DNA of 62,991 nucleotides, filler included, from Chlamydiales bacterium (GTDB lineage Bacteria; Chlamydiota; Chlamydiia; Chlamydiales; JACRBE01): NCBI GenBank assembly GCA_016213235.1. It is 6 parts of 6 records of this genome, joined end to end, with 100 filler letters (N's around TTAATTAATTAA, not from the genome) between each part and the next. Parts side by side here need not be neighbours in the genome. Positions count along the whole stretch, not along the records: positions 1 to 31,748 come from JACRBE010000021.1; 5 more parts are not named here. One strand, 5' to 3'. Shown piece by piece: positions 9,823 to 19,545 of this stretch (position 1 is its first letter; each line of letters starts with the position of its first letter). The notes under the pieces were generated by a model. It saw only the letters and a program-made list of their open reading frames with translations, ran no database searches and was not told where the DNA came from. The position numbers and the translations under genes were made by a program.

Positions 9823-11694
9823 ATGACAACTCGAGTAGGATCGGCAGGCGTTTTTGTTGATAGTAGCGGTCACGATAGATGTGTACGAACGGGGCAGAGG
9901 ATTGAATGGATAGGAGACAAGAGACCTACGTCTGCTGTTGTTCATAAGATTGATGCAACAACCGCCGGCATTTTAGCTGATACAGGAGGAGCTAACACGG
10001 TGTTCCTTTCTGAGCGTCATTATACACCGCTACCACTCCAAGCGTCTGGACCTTCTTCTACACCGCTATCTGGCGGGTCCATCACGATAACTGCATCACA
10101 TGGTAGTTCCAGCTCGCATTCAGACACCTGGGTCACTAGAGATCCTTCTACAACAGTACCTGACGCCCTGCTACCACCTCCAAATATGGCACACACGGGT
10201 TTTGACAGAAATGTTCGCTACAAGGAAATGCAAGTTGGCGATGACGTAATTGGTTATTATGAATATCCTTCCGGACCACTTACCGGTCATGATTGTCAAT
10301 TGGAAATTGTACATGGCCATCCAGACTTGCTGCATAAGACAACAGATGTTCATTCAGCAGGAGTGTTCGGTAAGACAAGAGATGCTAGACGCGCAGCTGA
10401 AAAACAATTAAAACAAATAGTAAAAGAAAGCTCAAGAAGAGGCGATTCCGCGGCCTCTGCGCCATCATCATCAAGATCAAAAGATATTACTCCTGACGAA
10501 CCTACCGTGACTGCTCCGGAAGCGACTTCCGTGCGAGCTGCTACAGCAGAAGAAGATGTTACAAACTTTCCCCCACCATCAGTTACAGATATGAACAATG
10601 CTATTCAAGATGGTAGAGATGCTGCTGAAGGTGCTGCTGCTGCCGATTTGCCAAAATATAGAAGTAAACCAGGAGAAGCCTCAAGAAAAAAGAGAGAATT
10701 CGACGATGACTCTACCTCAATCCCGAATCCGATTGCAATGATGCAAAGAACAGCCAGAAACGTGGCTTCTATTGGAAAAAATTTAGTTAAATCCGGAAGA
10801 GCTGATCTGGATAGATCAAGTGAATATGCTACATCGGAGATAGCATCCGCTCGTGCATTAGAATCATTAGATCGACAATTATCTGATTCAACCCGCACAT
10901 CGGTGACTGTCAAAGAGCGTGGAGATACAACAACCATGACAAGAATGGAGGCTCAACCTCCCCTAAAGAAAATGCAACAAAGACATAATACAGCATCTAT
11001 AGGTGCAGCTACCAACGCTTTAAAAGGCGTAGCTAAAGTGAGCGTGGGTGGTGCTTTAAGAGGCGGAGGGAAAGCCTTAGCCGGCTCATTAAATCCAGAT
11101 ACATTGAGGACTAATGCTAGCGGTGCAGCAGGTAGTATTGCAGGAGCTAATCTAGTTAATGTAATCAATGGCAATATGGGAGTTTCTGAGGCTATTGCTT
11201 CTACAGCAACAGGCACAGTGAGTACAATGACCGAGTCTGTGATAAAGACCGCTGCGGTGGGTGCTGCACGCGGTTTTGTGAAAGAAACATTCAGAGCTGC
11301 AGATGTACCTGTAACACTACCAAAAGTGGGCCCTCTTATGCAAGGCCTTTCTATGGCAAAAGCTGGTGTTGATATTCTTTCCAATGCAGCTAATGCATCA
11401 AGTTTGGGAGAAGCTGCATTGACAGTCTCGGATGGAGCTATGGACATGAGTGTTCAATGGGGAGCTGCCCAATGGGGAGCTACTATTGGCGCGGCAGGTG
11501 GGCCCGCTGGAGCCTTTGCGGGAGGAGTAGCTGGTGGTTTTGTAGGCCAAGCAATAATTAGTGTTAAAAACTGGCTTTTCTATGATGGGAATACGGCTGC
11601 AGAATATATGGCTGCTGCTAACCAACGTATTGCTGCTGTTGCCGCTGCCAGCATGGCAGCTAGCCAGGCTACTGCACCAACGTCATCTAAATAA
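9823..11694 (+). CDS. Ser/Thr/Ala/Gly-rich protein with C-terminal glycine zipper, candidate secreted effector
   Basis: 623-aa ORF, low-complexity N-half, GATIGAAGGPAGAFAGGVAGGFVG near the C-terminus. Confidence 0.75.
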   Translation: MTTRVGSAGVFVDSSGHDRCVRTGQRIEWIGDKRPTSAVVHKIDATTAGILADTGGANTVFLSERHYTPLPLQASGPSSTPLSGGSITITASHGSSSSHSDTWVTRDPSTTVPDALLPPPNMAHTGFDRNVRYKEMQVGDDVIGYYEYPSGPLTGHDCQLEIVHGHPDLLHKTTDVHSAGVFGKTRDARRAAEKQLKQIVKESSRRGDSAASAPSSSRSKDITPDEPTVTAPEATSVRAATAEEDVTNFPPPSVTDMNNAIQDGRDAAEGAAAADLPKYRSKPGEASRKKREFDDDSTSIPNPIAMMQRTARNVASIGKNLVKSGRADLDRSSEYATSEIASARALESLDRQLSDSTRTSVTVKERGDTTTMTRMEAQPPLKKMQQRHNTASIGAATNALKGVAKVSVGGALRGGGKALAGSLNPDTLRTNASGAAGSIAGANLVNVINGNMGVSEAIASTATGTVSTMTESVIKTAAVGAARGFVKETFRAADVPVTLPKVGPLMQGLSMAKAGVDILSNAANASSLGEAALTVSDGAMDMSVQWGAAQWGATIGAAGGPAGAFAGGVAGGFVGQAIISVKNWLFYDGNTAAEYMAAANQRIAAVAAASMAASQATAPTSSK

Positions 11695-11770
11695 GACCTC
11701 TTAAAAGAGGATTTAAATTCCTTAGCTGAAATGCAGTTCGATCATTTTCCTAATTTGCTCTAAAATCATC

Positions 11771-11799
11771 TTGAAAATAGAAGATTTGTTGAATAAAAT
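11771..11799 (+). promoter_or_regulatory. Promoter of tRNA-Ala
   Basis: TTGAAA-N17-TAAAAT ending 13 nt before the tRNA. Confidence 0.65.
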
Positions 11800-11812
11800 A
11801 CAATCTCGTAGG

Positions 11813-11885
11813 GGGGCATTAGCTCAATTGGTAGAGCGTAGCAATGGCATTGCTAAGGTCAACGGTTCGAATCCGTTATGCTCCA
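11813..11885 (+). tRNA. tRNA-Ala(GGC)
   Basis: Acceptor stem GGGGCAT/ATGCTCC with G3:U70, D arm GCTC/GAGC, anticodon arm TAGCA-ATGGCAT-TGCTA, T arm AACGG-TTCGAAT-CCGTT. CCA is not encoded. Confidence 0.97.
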
Positions 11886-13564
11886 ACAATATTCTCTGGA
11901 TTTTCTACTGCTTCTAAAAACGCTTGCAGTTGTTTTGACCGGGTTGGATGTCTCATCTTGCGAAGCGCTTTTGCTTCGATTTGTCGCACCCTCTCTCTAG
12001 TTACCTTAAATCTAACACCTACTTCTTCCAGTGTTTTTGGTTTACCATCAAGCAGCCCAAATCGCTCAATTAATACGGTTCGTTCTCTATCTGTTAAGGT
12101 AGATAGAACCTCTCCCATCTTATCTTTTAAGATAGAATATCCTGTTGCATCTGCAGGCGACTCTATCGCTGTATCTTCAATAAAGTCTCCAAATTGACTC
12201 TCACCACTATCTCCAACTTCTGCTTGAAGAGAAATAGGATGTTGCGCAATTTTGTAAATCTCCCTTACTCTTTCTGCTGTTAATCCAAGTTCATTTGCAA
12301 GCTCTTCCGGAGACGGCTCTTTGCCTGTTTCCATCATTAATTTTTTTGCTCCTCGCAATACCTTATTGATGGTTTCAATCATATGTACAGGAATTCTAAT
12401 GGTTCTTGCCTGATCGGCAATAGCTCTTGTTACCGCCTGTCGTATCCACCAGGTAGCATAAGTAGAAAATTTATATCCTCTGCGATATTCAAACTTTTCT
12501 ACAGCTTTCATAAGGCCCATATTGCCTTCTTGAATCAAATCAAGAAAAGACAGCCCTCTATTTGTATATTTTTTTGCAATGGATATAACCAGCCTCAAGT
12601 TGGATTCAACCATCTCTCTTTTTGCTTCCTGGCTCTTATCCATCCATCTTTGCAACATGCGGACATCTTTTCTAAATTCATCAATAGAGCGCCCTGCTGC
12701 AAGTTCTCGTTTTACAAGCTTTCGTTTTGCTGCAACTAACTTTGCTTTTGCAAATCTATTTTTCTCTGCACGTGGAGTTAACTCTCTAATTTCTTTTTCA
12801 AGAGATTGAAAACGATCATAACTTGCTAAAATCACTTCGCCAAAATCTTCTATTACAGAATATCGGAAATGCATTCTTCGCAAATACGCTTGTGTTCTAA
12901 TTCTACTCTTTTCAACATCCTCCGATATCTTCAGTTTGTCTGCTTTAGAAACCCCTTCTAAATTAGATTGAAGTAAATGTTCTTCTAAAAACAAGTCCTC
13001 TTTTTGCAGCAAATCTTTTAATTTAGAAAGCAAATCAAAATAAAGTTGTTTATTCTCTACTTCTTTTTCCGCAGCAACTTTATCAAAACGCTCTTTCCCG
13101 CTAATTAAATGGGTTATAATCGAAACCGTTTCTCTTGCACAATATCGAAATCGCATAATGATTTTTTCAATCTGCATCTGCGCTTTTTCAATTCGTTTGG
13201 AAATTTCAACCTCTTCTTCTCTTGTTAAAAGAGGAACAGATCCCATCTCTTTCAGATACATCCGAACAGGATCATCGGAAGATCCTTCCGTTTTTTTAGG
13301 TAGCGCTTCTAATTCCTTAACTTCTTTCTTACGCTCTTTCTGACGCTCTACTTCGGCTTGGTTAAGGATTTGAATATCCATCCCACTTAGGAAAATAAGC
13401 ACCTGATCAATTTGTTCTGCTGAATCAAACGATGTTGGCAACGTATCATTTATCTCTTCATAAGTGATATAGCCCTGCTCTTTTGCAATAGAAACAAGTT
13501 CTTCAATTTTCTGTTGATGAAGAGGATCGAAAACAGGTTGGTTATTATCTTTGGATTTTCCCAT
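11876..13564 (-). CDS. rpoD: Primary sigma factor (chlamydial sigma66)
   Basis: [43 protein letters not shown]...TRERVRQIE. Confidence 0.97.
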   Translation of the reverse strand: MGKSKDNNQPVFDPLHQQKIEELVSIAKEQGYITYEEINDTLPTSFDSAEQIDQVLIFLSGMDIQILNQAEVERQKERKKEVKELEALPKKTEGSSDDPVRMYLKEMGSVPLLTREEEVEISKRIEKAQMQIEKIIMRFRYCARETVSIITHLISGKERFDKVAAEKEVENKQLYFDLLSKLKDLLQKEDLFLEEHLLQSNLEGVSKADKLKISEDVEKSRIRTQAYLRRMHFRYSVIEDFGEVILASYDRFQSLEKEIRELTPRAEKNRFAKAKLVAAKRKLVKRELAAGRSIDEFRKDVRMLQRWMDKSQEAKREMVESNLRLVISIAKKYTNRGLSFLDLIQEGNMGLMKAVEKFEYRRGYKFSTYATWWIRQAVTRAIADQARTIRIPVHMIETINKVLRGAKKLMMETGKEPSPEELANELGLTAERVREIYKIAQHPISLQAEVGDSGESQFGDFIEDTAIESPADATGYSILKDKMGEVLSTLTDRERTVLIERFGLLDGKPKTLEEVGVRFKVTRERVRQIEAKALRKMRHPTRSKQLQAFLEAVENPENIVGA

Positions 13565-13594
13565 GAATTATCAGCGCCGAGTGAATCATTGTTA

Positions 13595-13623
13595 TTTTTA
13601 TGTTTGCTTTACAATTTTGTCAA
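13595..13623 (-). promoter_or_regulatory. Putative rpoD promoter
   Basis: TTGACA-N17-TAAAAA on the minus strand, 30 nt upstream of the ATG. Confidence 0.5.
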
Positions 13624-13729
13624 GAAATTGTTTAAAACTTAAAAGATTTTACCGGATTACCAAGTAATTTTCAAACTATTTTCCTTTAGTGTAAGCCCAA
13701 AATGATAATGTCACCTTGGAGATAAAGAG

Positions 13730-13786
13730 AAAAGCAATCCGATCCCGCGCCGAGCTTTACGTGAGCTGCTCGATTCATGATCGGAT
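13730..13786 (-). terminator. Long interrupted GC-rich hairpin after the upstream CDS (terminator-like)
   Basis: ATCCGATC/GATCGGAT and CGAGC/GCTCG stems, followed by GCTTTT on the minus strand, 3 nt after a stop codon. Confidence 0.45.
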
Positions 13787-13789
13787 CTT

Positions 13790-14263
13790 TTATTTTCCTT
13801 CCGAAACCAGAGATCCTTTTGCCTGCCTTAACCATATAAAATAGCAAAACACTGCTAGTGCTAATCCAGCCCTAATTAAATCTCTAAATGGGAACTCTCG
13901 ATTCATCATACTAAGAGAGGGGTTTTGTTTGTTAATCCATATGGCAGGCGGCCTCTGTTGCCATATTTTTATTGCTTCCTCTGCCAAATACGCATTACCA
14001 TAGTCCCTATCCTTAAACAAAAATCTACTCTCGTATTGTTTCTGATTAAAATTAAAACTATATGCCGCCTCTATTTGATAGCGACTTGGGCTTGTTTCTA
14101 CTACTTTCCAATGCACCGTTTTCAATATAACAGGCTCTGAAAACTGTATATAGTCAAAGGCTCCCAATAAAACCTTACCGCAAAACCAAAAAAAGACAAT
14201 AAGCGTTATCCCAAATAAGCAGACCCATGCAGTATCTATATTGCTAAGCCGAATTCTTCTCAT
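13790..14263 (-). CDS. Two-TM membrane protein (DUF3592-like architecture)
   Basis: TM, beta-rich loop (YQIEAAYSF...WIN), TM. The ATG at 14263 is preferred over 14308. Confidence 0.7.
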   Translation of the reverse strand: MRRIRLSNIDTAWVCLFGITLIVFFWFCGKVLLGAFDYIQFSEPVILKTVHWKVVETSPSRYQIEAAYSFNFNQKQYESRFLFKDRDYGNAYLAEEAIKIWQQRPPAIWINKQNPSLSMMNREFPFRDLIRAGLALAVFCYFIWLRQAKGSLVSEGK

Positions 14264-14364
14264 ACAAAACCTTGCGTAAAAAATTTTTGATTCCTTTACT
14301 AATAACAAAAGAATCGGTATATTAGGCGTTTTAAAAATTTTTCACAAATCTCTTCAGAGGAAAA

Positions 14365-14658
14365 ATGGCAAAAGAAGAAAAAGATAAAAAAGCTGTTAAA
14401 GAAAAAGCACCTACAGCTCTCAAAAGACAAAAACAAAGTGAAGAAAGTCGTCTTCGGAATCGTACGTTTAAAGCTAAAGTTCGTACTGCAATTAGATCAT
14501 ATGAGACTACTTTAGGCGAAAAAAACAAAGAAGAATCTGTAAAAGCATTAAATGTACTTTATAGTCTTTTCGATAAAGGCGTGAAGAAAGGCATTTTTAA
14601 GAAAAACAAAGCAAATAGATCAAAATCTAGACTTACTGTTAAAAGCGCTTCAGTCTAG
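14365..14658 (+). CDS. rpsT: 30S ribosomal protein S20
   Basis: TALKRQKQSEESRLRNR, KGIFKKNKANRSKSRL. Confidence 0.95.
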   Translation: MAKEEKDKKAVKEKAPTALKRQKQSEESRLRNRTFKAKVRTAIRSYETTLGEKNKEESVKALNVLYSLFDKGVKKGIFKKNKANRSKSRLTVKSASV

Positions 14659-15084
14659 TGTTTTCGTAAACAAATCTAAAATTTCCATATTCTTCTCATT
14701 GATGGGGTATCCTACCCCATCATTGGGTTTTACAAAAGCATACCCTTGGTAGTATGTCGTATTAATTTCATAACTATCCAGTGCAGTAACGATAAAGTTT
14801 AATTGTCTTGTCTTCTTTCCACTGAGCATAAAATCCTGATGATTCAAATAACGATCTATCGATCCAAGCTCTAGCCCGAGTCGCAGGTTAAATAATCGCC
14901 TTAGTGCATCTAATATCGTTTCATTTGATTTTATTTCTATCGATGGAATTTCAAACAATCCGACAGGCCCTGATTGAATAGAGTGCTCCATTAATAGTAC
15001 TCTTCCATTTTTATTAACCACTGCTCCGACTAATATATATTCTATTTTATCTTTTTTTGCCTGTTCAAGAAGTGTCTGATACAT
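14650..15084 (-). CDS. NUDIX-fold protein with degenerate Nudix box
   Basis: VGAVV..GRVLLM..GLFEIPS....NETILDALRRLFNLRLGL. Confidence 0.7.
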   Translation of the reverse strand: MYQTLLEQAKKDKIEYILVGAVVNKNGRVLLMEHSIQSGPVGLFEIPSIEIKSNETILDALRRLFNLRLGLELGSIDRYLNHQDFMLSGKKTRQLNFIVTALDSYEINTTYYQGYAFVKPNDGVGYPINEKNMEILDLFTKTLD

Positions 15085-15124
15085 GATATTTCCTTATGTG
15101 GTAAAGCGGCTTTACAGCCTTCTT

Positions 15125-16654
15125 TTATTTTTCATGCAAAGCACGCTCTGCATAAAAATGCTTTTTTTGAAAAAAGAATGTAACTGCCAACAAAGCTAAA
15201 AGACCTATTAAAATCCATGTCATTAAATAAAACACGTCATCTAACGCCAGCGCCGTAGCCGCTCTATCTAAAAAATAATCTAACTGTTCATTTGCAGCAG
15301 ATCCTTTTAATTGAAAATCCTCTGCCTGATGAAAAAATTGTTTTGTCTCCATAGAAAAAGGAGTAATCTTTTCTCCCATCCTATCATGATAAAAAACCCG
15401 TCTTCGCAGCCATATTGTAGTATAAAAAGCAACTCCAAGGCCGCTGGACAATGCCCTTACAACCTGAAATAAGCAGACCACTTTTGCTGTTTTTTCTGCA
15501 GGAAATGCACGGAAACAAAGATGAAAGATAGGTGGTAGAAATAAAGCTAGGCCAAATCCTGCTACAATCCGAGAAATGGCTATTCTTCCAAAATTAACAT
15601 ATTCATTAAACAATGTTGTGTGAAAACAAGAGTAGGCGAGTAGGCAAATAGCTATGCCAAGCGGTATACGGCAATCTAATCGTTTAAAACCCTCTATTAC
15701 AAGAAAAAAAGGAAAAATACCGGCAACAGCCATGGTACCAACAAGTATGCTAATCCAAATAGGCGTATAATTTACATACAGATTAAGCCAAAGGGACAAT
15801 AAAACTACCATCCCAAAATAAGCTGAAAATAAAATAGATAAATTGATTAATCCAAAAGCAAATACCGGCTCCTTCAATAATTTGAATTCCAAAAGAGGAT
15901 AGGGATGATAGAGGTCCACGAGAATATAAAAAAGCAAACTAATGCATCCGGTAATGAACAGCACAATAAATAAATTAGAGCGAAACCAATCTAATTCCTG
16001 CCCCATTGTCAATGCAATCACAGAAGATGTTATTCCTATTACATAAAAACCATATCCCGGCACATTAAAGCCCGTCTCTATGTTAGGAAATTCATAATCC
16101 TTCAACTGCAGCCATAAAAAGATTCCCAAAAGAAGTATCAGGGCTGTATTAATATAAAATACATAGCGCCAATTATAATCATAAGCGATCCAGCCTCCCC
16201 AGCAAGCGCCGATAACAGGAGTTACCGTAAATAATGTAACAAGGACCGAGTTAAAGATAATTTTTCTATTTTCTGGAGCCAAAACGGAAATAAAATAAAA
16301 CACCAACACGTATAAAGGGCCACAAGAAGCTCCCTGAAAAATCCGAAAAATAAGAAACATTGGATAATCTGACGCTATAGCGCACAATAAAGTAGTAAAA
16401 GCAAACAAAATAAAACAAATCAGCAGCAGCCTTGTTTTTCCTATTTTATTTGATATGGGTTCTCCGAGTGGAATACTAAGAGCATTACCTATACAAAAAA
16501 ACGTTGTTGTATAGGTTGTTATCTCATTACTCCCTCCCAGATCTCCCCCTATGTAAGGAGAGGCCATCATAGGGAGAGTAAAACTAAAAAGAACAAAAAA
16601 AATAGCACAAAAAAAGCCTATAAATAAGGAAAATGGGGGTATTTTTTGTGCCAT
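15125..16654 (-). CDS. emrB: DHA2-family MFS efflux permease (EmrB-like)
   Basis: About 14 TMs, FRIFQG, GGWIAYDYNWRYVFYIN, GQELDWF. Confidence 0.88.
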   Translation of the reverse strand: MAQKIPPFSLFIGFFCAIFFVLFSFTLPMMASPYIGGDLGGSNEITTYTTTFFCIGNALSIPLGEPISNKIGKTRLLLICFILFAFTTLLCAIASDYPMFLIFRIFQGASCGPLYVLVFYFISVLAPENRKIIFNSVLVTLFTVTPVIGACWGGWIAYDYNWRYVFYINTALILLLGIFLWLQLKDYEFPNIETGFNVPGYGFYVIGITSSVIALTMGQELDWFRSNLFIVLFITGCISLLFYILVDLYHPYPLLEFKLLKEPVFAFGLINLSILFSAYFGMVVLLSLWLNLYVNYTPIWISILVGTMAVAGIFPFFLVIEGFKRLDCRIPLGIAICLLAYSCFHTTLFNEYVNFGRIAISRIVAGFGLALFLPPIFHLCFRAFPAEKTAKVVCLFQVVRALSSGLGVAFYTTIWLRRRVFYHDRMGEKITPFSMETKQFFHQAEDFQLKGSAANEQLDYFLDRAATALALDDVFYLMTWILIGLLALLAVTFFFQKKHFYAERALHEK

Positions 16655-16657
16655 ATT

Positions 16658-17872
16658 TTATTTTTCTTTTAGTTCATGAACAAATACGGTATTTGCATAT
16701 TTCGATAAAAAAGGATCTAAGTTTGCTTGAATAATTTTTTCTATTAACTCTTGATCTCCCGCTTCTTCCAGTTCAAAAATTGATGTTTCATATTTAGGAG
16801 ATCCCTCCGTAGAAATCGGCACGAATTCTCCATCCTTATTTCTAATATCTACAGTAGCCTCCATAGACAATCCTACCCGAAGTGGAAAATGCTTTATATC
16901 ATCTATATTTAGTGCAACACGAACAGGAAGCCTTTGTACAATTTTGATCCAGTTTCCTGATAAATTTTGAGGAGGAAGGAGAGAAAATGCATTTCCTGCT
17001 CCCCCTGGAAGTCCCACTATTTTTCCATGGAACGTAATATCATCCCCATAAAGATCCGATGTGATTTTTACATCCTGACCAATACGCATATGCTTTAATT
17101 GTGTCTCTTTAAAATTGGCATTTACCCAAATTTCATTAAGCGGAATCACACTCATTAATGGATCACCTGCTTTTGCCCACATACCAACTTGAATTGTTCT
17201 TTGAGCAACCAGTCCTGTTACAGGGGAATAGATTTTGCAACGATATAGCAAAACCCATGCATCGCGCACGGCATCCGCAGCTCCAAGCACTAGCGGATTT
17301 TGTTTAATAGATACACCCTGTACCATGCTCAGCGATTTGTGATACAAGGCTTTTGTTATTTCTAACGAAAAGAAACTTGCACGCAGAGCCGCTGTTGCAT
17401 GCTCCAAATCTTCTAATGATATACCACCTGCATTAATGACTCCTTCTCGATGCTCATAATCTTGCATAGCACGAATTAGCTCTGCTTTCTTTACCTCTAT
17501 TTCAGCAGCGTAAGCAAATACCTGATGTAATAGCTCACATACCTCACGTACTGTCTTAGCCAAATTTTCCTTGGCCAGGTCTAACCTAATAACAGCATCT
17601 GTAGTATCAAGATCAATTAACACCTGCCCTTTCTCTACCAAATACGTATCATCCGTATGTATTGCCGTTACAAAACCATCGTGCAATGGTGTGATATAAA
17701 CCTGGTTTCCTTCTACATACGCATCATCCGTATATTCAATATAACATAAGAAACCAAACCAAAACCAGCACCCAAATAAAAGAACAACCAAACAGATCGC
17801 GCCAATAATCCCTGCTATTTTTATTCTTTTCTTTTTTGCAATATCTGCAGGAATGTTATTAGGAGCGTCCAT
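16658..17872 (-). CDS. emrA: Periplasmic adaptor subunit (EmrA-like)
   Basis: TDDAYVEGN, WVNANFKETQL, FSLLPPQNLSGNWIKIVQRLPVR. ATG 17872 follows AAGGAG. Confidence 0.9.
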   Translation of the reverse strand: MDAPNNIPADIAKKKRIKIAGIIGAICLVVLLFGCWFWFGFLCYIEYTDDAYVEGNQVYITPLHDGFVTAIHTDDTYLVEKGQVLIDLDTTDAVIRLDLAKENLAKTVREVCELLHQVFAYAAEIEVKKAELIRAMQDYEHREGVINAGGISLEDLEHATAALRASFFSLEITKALYHKSLSMVQGVSIKQNPLVLGAADAVRDAWVLLYRCKIYSPVTGLVAQRTIQVGMWAKAGDPLMSVIPLNEIWVNANFKETQLKHMRIGQDVKITSDLYGDDITFHGKIVGLPGGAGNAFSLLPPQNLSGNWIKIVQRLPVRVALNIDDIKHFPLRVGLSMEATVDIRNKDGEFVPISTEGSPKYETSIFELEEAGDQELIEKIIQANLDPFLSKYANTVFVHELKEK

Positions 17873-19355
17873 TGTCACTCTCCTTTTTTGCATTTATAGC
17901 TTCTTTCTGAATTGGGATCGATGTTGTATAATAATATCCACCGCCTAAAGCTTTAATTAGTTTAATACACGCAAGATACTGACCATAAATCAATTCTATA
18001 TTTTTTATTTTCTTTTGAATCACTTCCTGCTCTTTTGCATAATTTGCAAATAAACTATCTAACCCGTTTTGATGACGAAGCGTTATTAGTTCATAGCGCA
18101 ATATTGCATCTGCTACTATCTTATCCTGCTTTTGTTTCTGCTCAAAAACAGAGGTAGCTAAAACAATTAAATCAGCCACTTCCTGTATACTTTTCAAAAT
18201 CAAATCATTGTATTCATAAATCGCTTGATCAAAGAGCGCTTTTTTTGCACGAACATTAGCACGGATTGCCCCTGCAGTAAAAATGGGCAGATGAATTGCA
18301 GGTGTAGCACCTACTGTTCCACTACTACCATTAAATAGCAGTGCATAAGATGTGCTTTCCAGTCCCAGCAGCGCCGTTAAATTGACATTAGGTAAAAAAT
18401 CTGCTTTGGCAGCTCCCACCTCATGAGCAATTGCTTCCGCCTTCCAAATCTGTGCCATTAAGTCTGGTCGTCTTGCTAAAAGATCGATGGAGAGATTTTC
18501 AGGCAGTGAAATATGATTGGCAAGCGATGGTAATAGATCATTTACCTCTAATACTTCATCCGGTCCTTTGCCTCTTAACATGTTAATAAAATGCTTATTA
18601 GCTGCAATCTCTTCTTCTATTGCAAGCAGTTCTTTCTCTGTTTCAAATACATCTTCTTCCAATTGAAGCGGCTCTAATTTAGAAGAAAGAGAATGCTCCT
18701 CTAATAACTGTTGCAACTGAAAACTACCTCTCCTCACTTGTAATAGCGTCTCATATAATTTTTTTCTTACCAAATTGGTTTTCAGGGCAAAATATGTTTG
18801 AGCAATCGCTGTTGTAATAACTAACTTTACCTGCTCTGCTTCCGCTTCTTGCTCTTTTGCTTTTCCAATTGCAGCTTCAAAAAGATTCCTATTCTTCCCC
18901 CAAAAATCAAATTCATAAGTAAAAGAGAGCGTTAAATCCACTAAATTAGCATTCAAGTTAAGATCGGGATTAAAGGCTCGATAAAGACCATTTTGGCTTA
19001 AATATTGCCAAGTATCTTTGGCATCAAAAAAAACAAGTGGGAATAGATTTGATCGAACAATTACCGCTGCTTGTTTTGCAAAAGCAATTTGCTTTTCTAT
19101 TGCCCGAATGGACGGATTTGCAACTAATACTTCATTAATCAAAGAATTGAGTTGGTCAGACTGAAATACTTCCCACCAATTTTTATCCGGCCAATCTCCC
19201 ATTGCAAATACACCAGTTGCTAAGCTTTCGTTTAGAGTAGATTCCATCGATGGTGGAGCTAAAACATGCTCTGTTTGTTCTTGTTTTGACAAGGAAACAC
19301 AACCTGCTAAAAGAAAAAAATAGCCAAATATCCAAACTCTATTAAAAAAAATCAT
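17859..19355 (-). CDS. Outer membrane efflux lipoprotein (NodT/TolC family)
   Basis: Lipobox LLAGC, WWEVF, YEFDFWG, LLARRPD, LPIFTAG, LIKALGGG. Confidence 0.9.
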   Translation of the reverse strand: MIFFNRVWIFGYFFLLAGCVSLSKQEQTEHVLAPPSMESTLNESLATGVFAMGDWPDKNWWEVFQSDQLNSLINEVLVANPSIRAIEKQIAFAKQAAVIVRSNLFPLVFFDAKDTWQYLSQNGLYRAFNPDLNLNANLVDLTLSFTYEFDFWGKNRNLFEAAIGKAKEQEAEAEQVKLVITTAIAQTYFALKTNLVRKKLYETLLQVRRGSFQLQQLLEEHSLSSKLEPLQLEEDVFETEKELLAIEEEIAANKHFINMLRGKGPDEVLEVNDLLPSLANHISLPENLSIDLLARRPDLMAQIWKAEAIAHEVGAAKADFLPNVNLTALLGLESTSYALLFNGSSGTVGATPAIHLPIFTAGAIRANVRAKKALFDQAIYEYNDLILKSIQEVADLIVLATSVFEQKQKQDKIVADAILRYELITLRHQNGLDSLFANYAKEQEVIQKKIKNIELIYGQYLACIKLIKALGGGYYYTTSIPIQKEAINAKKESDNGRS

Positions 19356-19545
19356 CTTGTTTATTTAAAGACAGTCTGGCTTTGTATTAAAAGAATAAGA
19401 AAAAATATTCAACAGCAAACAAATAAAAATTTAATTATTTTGATTTTTGATTGTAAAGATATGGCTGTTCAAAGTTTTTCATAAAACGCCTAACTACAAT
19501 ATGGATTGATTCATTTCAAAGGTAGTGTAGTTTATGGATAATTTC

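Noticed and set aside
11844..12197. 117-aa ORF, plus other short ORFs antisense to rpoD, pnp, prfA, recB/C, mutY and the 9823 gene
   Set aside because: Shadow frames of real genes. This one starts inside the tRNA.
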